In this document: positions 43,601 through 56,100 of the stretch, in pieces
Position numbering within the stretch: position 1 is the stretch's first letter
Layout of the letters: each line of letters starts with the position of its first letter
Assembly: GCA_964019425.1 (NCBI GenBank)
Contig: OZ025790.1
Span: 434,001-498,000 of the forward strand
Reading direction: 5' to 3'
DNA: 64,000 nucleotides
From: Flectonema sp. DT1601
Taxonomy: Eukaryota
Program-made: the position numbers and the translations under genes
Notes under the pieces: model-generated
What the model saw: the letters and a program-made list of their open reading frames with translations, nothing else
Told to the model about the DNA's origin: nothing
Database searches by the model: none

Positions 43601-46600
43601 CGTGTGAATTGTCAACTTTTTTCTCATTTTATGAAAACATGCGCTTGTGTGCGGTGAGAGGCATTCAGCAGTGTGAGATTTTTATCACAATTACTGGTTC
43701 TGTGTTGTCACTTTTACGTTTATCCTTAACATGTGTTTAGCGTTCCTCGTACTGCTGCTTGTGCGGTGAGAGGCATTCAGCCGTGTGAGACTTTCAGCGA
43801 TCCAAGACATTGCGGCTTTGGGCAATTTGACTTCCACGTCGGTTTCTTTAGCATCTATATTCTTATGAAAACATGTGTTTAGCGTTCCTCGTATTGCTGC
43901 TTGTGTGTGATACGAGGCATTCAGCCGTGTGAGATTAATAACACAATTACTGGTTCTGTGTTGTCACTTTTTACGTTTATCCTTAACATGTGTTTAGCGT
44001 TCCTCGTACTGCTGCTTGTGCGGTGAGAGGCATTCAGCCGTGTGAGACTTTCAGCGATCCAAGACATTGCGGCTTTTGGCAATTTGACTTCCACGTCGGT
44101 TTCTTTAGCATCTATATTCTTATGAAAACATGTGTTTAGCGTTCCTCGTATTGCTGCTTGTGTGTGATACGAGGCATTCAGCCGTGTGAGATTAAAAAAA
44201 ACAGCTACAGCATCCCATTTCCTTTTTTTCTTTTCTTGTTATATTGGTCAACTGAAAAAAAAAAAAAAAAAAAAACAGACACTTAGTGACCACCGTAGGA
44301 GTTATTATAATCGGCAAGCATCTAAACTTCAAGAACGATACTTAGACGTGGAAACCTTCAGTGGGGGAATCACTGGTTTCGGAGTGTATGCAAGAGGAGC
44401 GGGAAATTCTTATTTAACGGAAGGAGAAGTTAATGATAATTTTCAATTTCTATCACACTCTGTTAAAGATGAACCTTATCATATAGAGGCTTGTGAAAAT
44501 TTAAAATGGGTGGAGAGAGGAAGATATTCCTGGAATTCACCCTACGGGATAAACACGTACCGCATAATGCAAAGGGCAAGAGAATTATACTCATCTATGA
44601 CCGCTAATAAATTAATGGTATTGGAAACAGGAAAAAAATTACCATGGTCTGCAGTAGACGACCTATCAAAACAAGAGTACGAATCCCGTATCTCATTAAA
44701 GAATGAAAAATGGATTGAGATGACGGGTCTTGAAATGGAAGATCAATTTGATGACGTAACACCACTCTCTGATAGGCTAGCTAATATACAAGACGATCAA
44801 CAAAGATTCCATCAAGTTGATTATTACATACGTGACATCATACACGTCGTACTCAATTGTGCAGAAGAAAAAGAAAAACTTCCCTTAGGCATTCAACAGC
44901 TTGTTGCCTCTGAATTCCATCACAATGATGACGACGCCTTAGACACTTTCGTAGATCTTCCGAAGAATCTGCTTCTCTACTACAAGGAACAGTTATCCAC
45001 AAGTATCGAACTCATAAAGGACGTGTACAATGAAGACCCTACACCAATAGCAGCTGCTAACATTTTAAAAACTGTGAAAACACTCGTTGAACAGGAGGTA
45101 TGTTTCAGTGATTTCCCCACCCCTACTCTCTTAAAATTATTATTATTCCCCAACATGTCATTGAAGGCGTACCTTCTCTGTTCTCATTAGCGACAGAGAC
45201 GGCAGTACGACATGTGAGATCCCCTCACCTTGAGAAAAGTATTTTTTAAACCTTTAACATCCCCAACATGTCATTGAAGGCGTACCTTCTCTGTTCTCCT
45301 CAGCGACAGAGACGGCAGTACGACATGTGAGATCCCCTCACTTTGAGAAAAGTATTTTTTAAACCTTTAACATCCCCAACATGTCATTGAAGGCGTACCT
45401 TCTCTGTTCTCCTCAGCGACAGAGACGGCAGTACGACATGTGAGATCCCCTCACTTTGAGAAAAGTATTTTTTAAACCTTTAACATCCCCAACATGTCAT
45501 TGAAGGCGTACCTTCTCTGTTCTCATTAGCGACAGAGACGGCAGTACGACATGTGAGATCCCCTCACTTTGAGAAAAGTATTTTTTAAACCTTTAACATC
45601 CCCAACATGTCATTGAAGGCGTACCTTCTCTGTTCTCATTAGCGACAGAGACGGCAGTACGACATGTGAGATCCCCTCACTTTGAGAAAAGTATTTTTTG
45701 AACCTTTAACATCCCCAACATGTCATTGAAGGCGTACCTTCTCTGTTCTCATTAGCGACAGAGACGGCAGTACGACATGTGAGATCCCCTCACTTTGAGA
45801 AAAGTATTTTTTAAACCTTTAGCATCCCCAACATGTCATTGAAGGCGTACCTTCTCTGTTCTCATTAGCGACAGAGACGGCAGTACGACATGTGAGATCC
45901 CTCACTTTGAGAAAAGTATTTTTTAAACCTTTAACATCCCCAACATGTCATTGAAGGCGTACCTTCTCTGTTCTCATTAGCGACAGAGACGGCAGTACGA
46001 CATGTGAGATCCCCTCACTTTGAGAAAAGTATTTTTTAAACCTTTAACATCCCCAACATGTCATTGAAGGCGTACCTTCTCTGTTCTCATTAGCGACAGA
46101 GACGGCAGTACGACATGTGAGATCCCCTCACTTTGAGAAAAGTATTTTTTAAACCTTTAACATCCCCAACATGTCATTGAAGGCGTACCTTCTCTGTTCT
46201 CCTCAGCGACAGAGACGGCAGTACGACATGTGAGATCCCCTCACTTTGAGAAAAGTATTTTTTAAACCTTTAACATCCCCAACATGTCATTGAAGGCGTA
46301 CCTTCTCTGTTCTCATTAGCGACAGAGACGGCAGTACGACATGTGAGATCCCCTCACTTTGAGAAAAGTATTTTTTAAACCTTTAACATCCCCAACATGT
46401 CATTGAAGGCGTACCTTCTCTGTTCTCATTAGCGACAGAGACGGCAGTACGACATGTGAGATCCCCTCACTTTGAGAAAAGTATTTTTTAAACCTTTAGC
46501 ATCCCCAACATGTCATTGAAGGCGTACCTTCTCTGTTCTCATTAGCGACAGAGACGGCAGTACGACATGTGAGATCCCCTCACTTTGAGAAAAGTATTTT

Positions 46601-47827
46601 TTGAACCTTTAACATCCCCAACATGTCATTGAAGGCGTACCTTCTCTGTTCTCATTAGCGACAGAGACGGCAGTACGACATGTGAGATCCCCTCACTTTG
46701 AAAATTCAACATGTGTTTAGCGTTCCTCGTACTGCTGCTTGTGTGCGGTGAGAGGCATTCAGCCGTGTGAGATCTTTGATGATAAGTCTAGTTAGGTAAC
46801 GACTTGTTCCGATTCCTATTGTTTTACAGTTAGTTCAGAATTGAGAGACCAGGTGTCCTATCGTATAATAAAAAGAAACCAAAACACAACTTAAACAGGG
46901 TACAGCAGAGGTTTATGAATTGCAGCGAAAAGGAAATCGTTATAGAGAAGTCCGTAGCAAGATTATTGTCTTAATGGGGCTAGCGGTGGAATGGCAACAA
47001 GAAGAAATGTATTATGCCGTATGATTTTGAATTTCCCCCCCCCTTTTTTTTTTAATCAAAATAATAATAATAATAATAACGAAACAGTTACTTGACAATT
47101 TATTGAAGTATAGCGAGAACAGATTTAACCTCGATCCGATATGTCCTTCGAGCGATATAGAAAATGTATGCAGCCTTTAGAAAAATGTCGCAACTAACAT
47201 GTTTTTTTTTTTTTTTGTACCTACAAACCCATTCAGTAGAAAGAGAATTATGGCAGCATAACTAACCCATTCCTTTATTAGGATTTTGTACCGGTTGCAC
47301 ACAAACAAAACTGAAGTGCGAGTAAACAATGTAAAAAGTGAAGTATTACCGATTCCTTTTTTTTTTTTCATATTCTGATTGTTCAAAAAAAAAAAAAAAA
47401 AAAAAAAAAAAAACAGGAGCTAGTCGATCGTGTAAGGAATAAATCAGGGTTCAAATTACCATTATATCGACCTCTAACCAATCCGGAACTCTGCCCTCCC
47501 CTCTATCATCATGCCAATAGGAGGAGCCTTCTTACTGTGTACGATATTTTTACCGAGTACACCGGAAAACCAGCTGAGAAGTATCCTATGTTGTCATCGT
47601 CGGAGAAAAGCCGCTACGATCTACCATTCGCCACGTTTAATCCCGTTGTGACATATTCTGCTGTCGAATCCCATTTTGGTAAGGAATATTATTTTTATAC
47701 GGTCTGTCCGCTGTCGACGGGGGTTGAGGACTCGGAATCGGAAGCAGCAAAGAGACCGGGAAGAAAAATTGTATCAAAGGCAGATCTCGCTAAGTTTATG
47801 GGAATTGAAGACTTCAGTTCCTTATAA
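40668..47827 (+). CDS. About 891-aa protein with a mitochondrial-type presequence and HMG-box-like motifs; exons 40668-41834, 41924-42004, 44279-45097, 46899-47018, 47088-47165, 47417-47827
   Basis: Five phase-0 GT-AG introns give a continuous frame; MSRLLRRIA N-terminus; FWHFC...KWSLLDERDKLPY, FNVFV...FWSALPKPVKEGF, WSAVDDLSKQEYE. Confidence 0.65.
42061..43390 (+). ncRNA. Intronic tandem array: 12 x 113-bp units, each with a single-hairpin AGA-box (H/ACA-like) RNA candidate (family A)
   Basis: Lower stem ACAUGUC/GACAUGU, upper stem CCUUCUCUGU/ACAGAGACGG, AGA 14 nt after the upper stem. The repeat is certain; the snoRNA identity is inferred. Confidence 0.65.
43394..44191 (+). ncRNA. Seven copies (one internally deleted) of a single-hairpin AGA-box H/ACA-like snoRNA (family B) separated by dissimilar spacers
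   Basis: Stems ACAUG/CGUGU and CCUCGUA/UACGAGG with covariation; AGA 14 nt after the upper stem; pocket complementary to LSU CUGAAUG-UC-AA. Confidence 0.8.
45150..46700 (+). ncRNA. Second intronic array of family A: 14 x 113-bp units
   Basis: Same unit as 42061-43390, located in the next intron (45098-46898). Confidence 0.65.
46708..46775 (+). ncRNA. Single family B snoRNA-like copy
   Basis: AACATGTGTTTAGCGTTCCTCGTACTGC...GAGGCATTCAGCCGTGTGAGA; same A-to-B junction as at 43381-43400. Confidence 0.75.
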
Positions 47828-48109
47828 TTACATTATTCAGCATGCTTGTACGATACTGATTTATTTGTCTCTATATCTGTTTTATGGAGGGAGGGAACGA
47901 GACAATCGTCAAGCCCATCGGGTTAAAATTTGTAATTGTATCATCAAAACTTATCGTTTGGTAGAAAGGGATTTGTGACTACCGATTGCACACATACAAA
48001 CAAAAGATTTTTTATTTATTTTTTATTTTTTATAGATTCTATGCTGGCCACGCAGTGGCTATAGTCCCTTCTATATGCAAGCTAAGACTTCATCGCATAT
48101 ATGGTTGTC

Positions 48110-48144
<35 letters not shown>

Positions 48145-48179
48145 AATTTTACAAAAATATCACACATTGTCATTACAAA

Positions 48180-49812
48180 ATGGCTACTCGGTTCTCGGTC
48201 ATCAACGAGGAATATATGATTCGACTTTTTGTCCTTCAGGTTCTTTTTTTTTTAAAATTTATTTTTCTTCTTTTTAACTTTAGAACAAAAATAAAAAAAA
48301 AAAATAAAAAAAAATAAATCGTCCCTTAAGCTCGACAGGTCTTCCTTGTTGCTGTTCGTTGGAATACTGTTCTTTTTACTATCATATCATCATTCTTCAC
48401 TAAAGTAGTTAAATGAATTCGTAACGGGATTGTTAAGTTCTATGGTCACAAGGCTGACTTGTAAAAACGCCGATGGCGCTATCAGATCATCAGACCTGTT
48501 CCAATACTTAGTAGCAGTAAAACACGGATCGTTAGTAAGCAGGATAGCAACTTGGATATTCGCGGTGTCTTTTTTAATTTTTTCGTACACCCGAATTGAG
48601 CTAATGACCAACACTGATGAGGTCACTACTTTGAGGGAACAATTCCCAACTGCATCGAACTACGAATTACAAGTATGTGTTTTTGTTGGTGACGAAACTG
48701 ATAACAAAAAGAACAAACAAACAAACAAACAACAGGTTCCTACATTTGGTGTGACATTCAATAATGGTCGTGGTGGTAGGTTCAATGATACATATCTAAC
48801 TGTTAAGTTTGAGCTTAGGGATATCTATGCTGCTGATGAGAAGGCATCGACTCGTCAGAGTTTAGGATCAGAATCTTGTTATCTTCCTCATCAGCAGACA
48901 TATGGATGGTGTCCTTCAAGTAATGCTACTGTTATGGGAACATTTGGAGATCCGGATTATAGATTCATAGAAATTGCATTTAATGTTTGTTCCGGAAAGA
49001 CGTCATCGGGAGAAGCTTGTGCTCCTCCTGAAGAAATCAGAAGAATATTTACTGAAGGAGGTGTTTCAATAGACGTTTGGTCCTTTCGAAGCTTAGGATG
49101 GAGTTCTTGGGAAACACTTTATCTCTCTGTACATCCTGACATCATTCAGATGGTTGAGATATTCTTATCACCGGTAACAGTTAGGGAAGTAGCGCAATAT
49201 CCGTGGGAATTTGATAAGAAACAAACACACATAACAAGACAATCATACTACACTAGATTCTCTGAATCCGCAAGTGGAACTGCATTACTAAAAGCAATCC
49301 TCAGAATATCATCGAGTTCAATCAGAGACACTGTCAGACGTGTTCGACTCTTAGACGTCCTTACAGAGGTTGCAGCAGTTTGGACGGTCTCAGTCAGTGG
49401 AATCGGTGCTTTATTAGTTTTTTATAATTTCGTTCACTGGAGGAAATGGTATGCTGGAAGATATCCCTGGCAGGTTCAATATCACTACCTACCTGCTCCT
49501 CCTGCGGGTGCTCCTGAAGTGGTAGAACCAAAGGCAGGACTAGCAAAGCATAATAAATCATGGTCATGGATGAGACGAAAGACTTTTAAGGAAATGGAAA
49601 CCACTAACGGATTAGATGAAGGCATTGAACTCACTCCCATACACTCAACTGTGGAATCACAAAATTCAGAAGTTCATCATGCAAGATGGGGTGTGCGAAG
49701 ATTAAGTTTACCCCCTGATAGAAACCACTTCAATCAATTTCCTACCAGAGTCAGAGCTAGTTCTCTCACTCCACCTCGACCAAGAGCAGGCAGCTCTTTA
49801 ACACCAATATAA
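48180..49812 (+). CDS. Two-TM protein with a large Cys-containing loop; exons 48180-48239, 48409-48672, 48736-49812
   Basis: GT-AG introns preserve frame; TM - long loop - TM topology (channel-like); no family named with confidence. Confidence 0.6.
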
Positions 49813-50498
49813 ATTGTCTTTTTTGTTAGTTGTTACACAAACACAGTAGAACTATTTTGATGTTTAGAGCCGGATGATGATGTGTTATATTTATTTATTT
49901 ATGTTATTTGTTTTTTTCTACCTGCGGTTTGGATTTCTCTCCTCCCCTCACATGTGTCTGTTTACTATTTATTGCTCATTAGAGGGGAGTGAAATAGATT
50001 AAGTTAAGCATCACTATAGTTTTCACCTTTTATCTTTAACAGATTATTAAACCTTAGCAGTAATTGCTGTGCTTTATAATAATAAAAAAAATGGGAATGG
50101 GAAAGACGGAATATGAAAACAAACTGATAGTTGAACGGTGTCAGAAGAATCTTTTTTCAGATTCGGGAAAATGCGGCGGTCCAACAATGGGTGGGACTGC
50201 ATACATAGACAGACACGCAATAAAGAAACGCCCTAATCTCGGAGCCGGAGAACCGGAAACTGGGCTTTTCGCTGCCTATGCAGCAGCAACTTAATGATCA
50301 CCAAATTCACGTTTTGGTGGTATTATTTGATTGTTAGGGAAGAGAGCTGTTTTTTATGTTTTTTTAAAAAAAAAAAAAAAAAATCCAAATATTTCTGTAA
50401 CTTACACACTACTAGTGCATTATATGTCGTAATGGTTGGTCTGATCTGGTGTTTACTTTACTTTCTTAAATAGGAGGGAGGGCGGCAGTAATTAAATA

Positions 50499-51539
50499 AT
50501 GGAATACGTTGACTTCAAGACTGATCCTTATGAGGTATTGGGAGTCCCCCGCAATGCTACCTCAGAAACCATCCGACATGCATATCACAAAAAAGCAAAA
50601 GAACTACATCCAGACAGACAACATGGAAGAAATGATAATGGAGATAAATTTAAAGTTGTTCAGCAGGCTTATGAAACCCTTTCTGATCCTTTACGAAAAC
50701 AAATATACGATTTAGCATCTGGGGGAATTGAGAAACTTTTATTTTGTATCGTATGCACCTTTGTTTCAATATTCTGTCTTAGACTTAGCGGGATTATACT
50801 CATACCTTGGATAATTATATTTATACCAGTCTGGTTATTGAACTGTTGTTTAGTACCAATTTCTTGTGTGATGGCTTCTCAGAAGGAACACTTTCTCGGT
50901 GGTCTTTCTATTGGGTTATTTGTTTTTTTTACTATTATGTTGTACTTGAAGTTAGTTAACGTTATTGAATTGTGGACAACCATAGCGATCCCACTCATAC
51001 TTGGTGATGTTTTTACTTTCATTAGGTCAATAGGAAGGCAGGACTCTGAAGTAGCATGTGGTGGTATCTTTTCACCGATTGCAACTATCGTGAAATACTT
51101 CGCCAGATCAGCTTTTTTAATCTTAGCAGCTGGAAGCATTGATGGGATGTTTGATCTTAATTGGTGGCAGGTATACTCTCCGATGTATTGTCGTTTTGTA
51201 TGTGGCATGGCTGCCATCAACTTCTCAACACCTGACTTTCATTACTTTGACCTTCTAGTGTACGTTCTCTCTATTTCAACTCCATACATTGTAGTTGGGG
51301 GTATTACTGGAAGTTGTTCAGTTCCAATTGTTTATTCTATTCCAATGTCGTTTCTGTTTTGTTGTTTGTTTCAATGTCGTAATAGAACCAAAGAATCGAC
51401 TTCTGATGATGTTAACGAACATTTATTTGGAATGGATGCAACAGGAAAGCCACAAGGTCATGTATTCGTTGACATCCCTCATCGTAGTGTTCCTACTCAA
51501 CAGGATGAGGAGTCTAATCAGCTTTCAGATGTAGATTAA
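50499..51539 (+). CDS. DnaJ-domain multi-TM protein (TMEM185-like membrane region)
   Basis: DPYEVLGV...LHPDR...AYETLSDP J-domain; repeated W...F.P.W transmembrane units. Confidence 0.85.
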   Translation: MEYVDFKTDPYEVLGVPRNATSETIRHAYHKKAKELHPDRQHGRNDNGDKFKVVQQAYETLSDPLRKQIYDLASGGIEKLLFCIVCTFVSIFCLRLSGIILIPWIIIFIPVWLLNCCLVPISCVMASQKEHFLGGLSIGLFVFFTIMLYLKLVNVIELWTTIAIPLILGDVFTFIRSIGRQDSEVACGGIFSPIATIVKYFARSAFLILAAGSIDGMFDLNWWQVYSPMYCRFVCGMAAINFSTPDFHYFDLLVYVLSISTPYIVVGGITGSCSVPIVYSIPMSFLFCCLFQCRNRTKESTSDDVNEHLFGMDATGKPQGHVFVDIPHRSVPTQQDEESNQLSDVD

Positions 51540-51956
51540 GTTTTCTAGTCTTCTCTCTTTGGTAGAAATGTTTTGAAAGACCTATTTGTATAATTATTAA
51601 TCTGAGTATTCATGTTATCGAAGTATCCTGTTTTTGCGTCAACAGTTCTTCAGTGTCAATCCTGAAGGAGTAGGTGATTCTTGAACCCATTGTACTTCAT
51701 CTCCTCAATAGGAATTACAGAACAAGATCAACGGCTCAATTGCATTCTTCTTTTCTGATAAGTTGCTTTTCGGACTGGCCTTTTGAAATAATCAGTTCGG
51801 GTACCTGAACAACAATAGTACTCTTGTTGTCTTATTGCTTTAACCCAGTATCCCTTTTTTTTTTTTTTAAATAATTAATTTAATATATAAATAATTTTTT
51901 TGTTTCTTCCAGCACCAACTATGTCGTGAGTAAATGTCGTTAATAACCAAAAAAAA

Positions 51957-52592
51957 ATGAAAGTTCAGAGAGAGATAAATCCTTTTATAGCGAAGATTGA
52001 GAGAAAGGAGGTTCATAAAGACCATGGAAGGCGTCGATGGAGAGTAGCCTTAGCCGTGATAGGATTGTTAATGTTCGGAGGAGTTGTTGTGATGAGAACA
52101 CCGGACTCGGAGAAACCAACTCAAAGGCAAACTGATAATAATCCAATTCTCTTACTGCTACCAGATAGTGCTGATAAAGTAGCAGTTCACGTTAACGGAT
52201 TTCAATCTGATCCTCATCGACATGAAGATCCTGGTCTCGCACTTGTTATATTACACCCAGCACCTATAATTATAAAGAGAGGTCATGGTGTTACAGCCTT
52301 AGCAGTGTTCCTGGATGATGTTCCTCCAAGCTTTACTTCGTCTGATGCTGTTCACACAAACTTAGTATCGATCATAAAAGTATTACCGGCATCTGTTAAG
52401 CTTCTTCGTCTCTGTATTCACGATGCGGTATCTCCTCCTGATCCTAAATTAATATCATGGCTACTGAATACATCACTCAGTAGTATTGTTATATCAAATG
52501 GTGTTCATCATTCTTGGAATACGGCAATGCGATTTCACAACTTATCGATGGTGTCACAAGATTCCGAATTAACCTCATGGGCTGTTGTCTGA
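51957..52592 (+). CDS. Hypothetical type II membrane protein, 211 aa
   Basis: Basic residues followed by a single TM helix. Confidence 0.55.
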   Translation: MKVQREINPFIAKIERKEVHKDHGRRRWRVALAVIGLLMFGGVVVMRTPDSEKPTQRQTDNNPILLLLPDSADKVAVHVNGFQSDPHRHEDPGLALVILHPAPIIIKRGHGVTALAVFLDDVPPSFTSSDAVHTNLVSIIKVLPASVKLLRLCIHDAVSPPDPKLISWLLNTSLSSIVISNGVHHSWNTAMRFHNLSMVSQDSELTSWAVV

Positions 52593-52887
52593 TTGAGACT
52601 CAGAGCACGTCTTTTCACTTGATAATAGGAAGTAATTAGCTACGCATTCTTTTTGCACCTGATGAAAAAATGAGGATAGTGAAGATATAGTTGTCAACTT
52701 GGTGGTCTACCCTTGACGAGTAGGCCACCACGTTAGGGTGTAGTCCGCTGTTGGTCTCTGTATTCACATCATTCTTGGAATACGGCAATGCGATTTCACA
52801 ACTTATCGATGGTTTCACAAGATTCCGAATTAACCTCATGGGCTGTTGTCTCAGAGCACGTCTTTTCAGTTGATAATAGGAAGTAAT
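52506..52887 (+). repeat. Direct duplication: 52506-52636 repeated at 52767-52887
   Basis: Near-identical; the second copy lacks 10 nt around the stop codon. Confidence 0.9.
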
Positions 52888-53105
52888 ATACTTTTTGAGG
52901 AAAGGCAATAACTGTTAAATAGAAACCACATTAGCTTTACGTCGTGTTATATATTATCACCCATTTTCTTACAGCAAAAAAAAAAACATTTTTTTTTTTT
53001 TTTTTTTTTTTTTTAGTAAATGAGATGACTCTATTCTTTTTTCCCTGAAAAAAAAGTGTATTTTATTTTTATTATATTATTTTCAACCAGCACATAGTAG
53101 ACAGT

Positions 53106-56100
53106 ATGTCGTCTGTTCTGCGACTTAAGAGGGATGAGTACATCCACGTGTTGGATAACAATAACAACCTCACGAAATGTGTTTTGGGTCCGCTGACCTT
53201 CACAAGAATGGACCACCAGCAAGTGGTCGTTGAGCAAACTGCTTTTATTGCACTTCCACCGCAAACGTACTGTAGAATTTGCAACCCAGTTACTATGGAT
53301 GGAGGAAAGGTGGTTGAAAATGACCTTGGTGAGGCAGAAATCCAATACGGAGATGAAGAAGTCCGTGTCAACAATGGTAAGAACTGGACAGTACCATTCC
53401 CTCTGTACCCAGGTGAAGTATTAAAACAAGAAGGTAAGGAATCTCCTATTCAGAAGTTAACAGTAGTTGCAAAAAACAAGGCTCTCCGTCTTCGATGTGA
53501 ACGTGACTTTGTTGACAGCGATGGTGTTGCTCACAAGGCTGGAGACGAATACCTATTCGAAGGACCTCGTACATACATTCCATCAGAGAAGGTTAGCTTT
53601 GTTAATAAAGTCAACGCTACAGTTATTAAACCTAACCAGGCACTCAAGCTAAGAGCAATTGTTGATTTCACTGATAGAAATGGAAACGCCAGAAAGGGAG
53701 GATCTGAATGGTTAGTCCGCCAAGAAGGAGCCTACCTCCCATCAGTTGAGGAGGAGATCACTAAGATTGAAAAGGCTTACGTCATCACTGAGAGAGATGC
53801 CATTGAAGTTGAAGCGATCATCACTCACGAAGACTACTTCGGAAAGAAACGTCTTTCTGGAGAGAAATGGCTCGTCACTATCAAAGACACCGCTGCTTAC
53901 ATTCCAGAGGTATGTTATTGTGAATCAATTAAAACATTCTTTACTAACGGTTCCTTTAGGACCTCTGATTTCTTTTTGCACTCTTCCTTGTTATCCTTCG
54001 GATGTTTTCTTGTTGATGTTGCGGATGTTCCCCACGCTGTTCTTCAATACTCGTAAACATGATGATCAATCACCAATAAGAGTAGTGGTGCGTAAGGTCC
54101 TCTTCATGGGATAGCCTCATGACGCACTCACGGTTCCATTAGGACCTCTGATTTCTGTTAGCACACTTCCTTGTTATCCTTCGGATGTTTTCTTGTTGAT
54201 GTTGCGGATGTTCCCCACGCTGTTCTTCAATACTCGTAAACATGATGATCAATCACCAATAAGAGTAGTGGTGCGTAAGGTCCTCTTCATGGGATAGCCT
54301 CATGACGCACTCACGGTTCCATTAGGACCTCTGATTTCTGTTAGCACACTTCCTTGTTATCCTTCGGATGTTTTCTTGTTGATGTTGTGGATGTTCCACA
54401 CGCTGTTCTTCAATACTCGTAAACATGATGATCAATCACCAATAAGAGTAGTGGTGCGTAAGGTCCTCTTCATGGGATAGCCTCATGACGCACTCACGGT
54501 TCCATTAGGACCTCTGATTTCTGTTAGCACACTTCCTTGTTATCCTTCGGATGTTTTCTTGTTGATGTTGTGGATGTTCCACACGCTGTTCTTCAATACT
54601 CGTAAACATGATGATCAATCACCAATAAGAGTAGTGGTGCGTAAGGTCCTCTTCACGGGATAGCCTCATGACGCACTCACGGTTCCATTAGGACCTCTGA
54701 TTTCTGTTAGCACTCTTTCTGTCGAGTTCTTTGTTATCCTCTTGTTGATGTTGTGGATGTTCCACACGCTGTTCTTCAATACTCGTAAACATGATGATCA
54801 ATCACCAATAAGAGTAGTGGTGCGTAAGGTCCTCTTCATGGGATAGCCTCATGACGCACTCACGGTTCCATTAGGACCTCTGATTTCTGTTAGCACACTT
54901 CCTTGTTATCCTTCGGATGTTTTCTTGTTGATGTTGCGGATGTTCCCCACGCTGTTCTTCAATACTCGTAAACATGATGATCAATCACCAATAAGAGTAG
55001 TGGTGCGTAAGGTCCTCTTCACGGGATAGCCTCATGACGCACTCACGGTTCCATTAGGACCTCTGATTTCTGTTAGCACTCTTTCTGTCGAGTTCTTTGT
55101 TATCCTCTTGTTGACGTTGTGGATGTTCCCCACGTTGTTCTTCAATACTCGTAAACATGATGATCAATCACCAATAAGAGTAGTGGTGCGTAAGGTCCTC
55201 TTCATGGGATAGCCTCATGACGCACTCACGGTTCCATTAGGACCTCTGATTTCTGTTAGCACACTTCCTTGTTATCCTTCGGATGTTTTCTTGTTGATGT
55301 TGCGGATGTTCCCCACGCTGTTCTTCAATACTCGTAAACATGATGATCAATCACCAATAAGAGTAGTGGTGCGTAAGGTCCTCTTCATGGGATAGCCTCA
55401 TGACGCACTCACGGTTCCATTAGGACCTCTGATTTCTGTTAGCACTCTTTCTGTCGAGTTCTTTGTTATCCTCTTGTTGATGTTGTGGATGTTCCACACG
55501 CTGTTCTTCAATACTCGTAAACATGATGATCAATCACCAATAAGAGTAGTGGTGCGTAAGGTCCTCTTCATGGGATAGCCTCATGACGCACTCACGGTTC
55601 CATTAGGACCTCTGATTTCTGTTAGCACACTTCCTTGTTATCCTTCGGATGTTTTCTTGTTGATGTTGCGGATGTTCCCCACGCTGTTCTTCAATACTCG
55701 TAAACATGATGATCAATCACCAATAAGAGTAGTGGTGCGTAAGGTCCTCTTCATGGGATAGCCTCATGACGCACTCACGGTTCCATTAGGACCTCTGATT
55801 TCTGTTAGCACTCTTTCTGTCGAGTTCTTTGTTATCCTCTTGTTGATGTTGTGGATGTTCCACACGCTGTTCTTCAATACTCGTAAACATGATGATCAAT
55901 CACCAATAAGAGTAGTGGTGCGTAAGGTCCTCTTCATGGGATAGCCTCATGACGCACTCACGGTTCCATTAGGACCTCTGATTTCTGTTAGCACACTTCC
56001 TTGTTATCCTTCGGATGTTTTCTTGTTGATGTTGCGGATGTTCCCCACGCTGTTCTTCAATACTCGTAAACATGATGATCAATCACCAATAAGAGTAGTG

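Noticed and set aside
43394..44191. CRISPR-like look (conserved repeat with variable spacers)
   Set aside because: Repeats are about 63 nt, spacers recur, no cas genes, and the context is a eukaryotic intron; a snoRNA cluster explains it better
54090..54145. Pol III A/B boxes for a vault RNA in the 183-bp unit
   Set aside because: GGTTCCATTAG is a poor B box and there is no T-run terminator after the core
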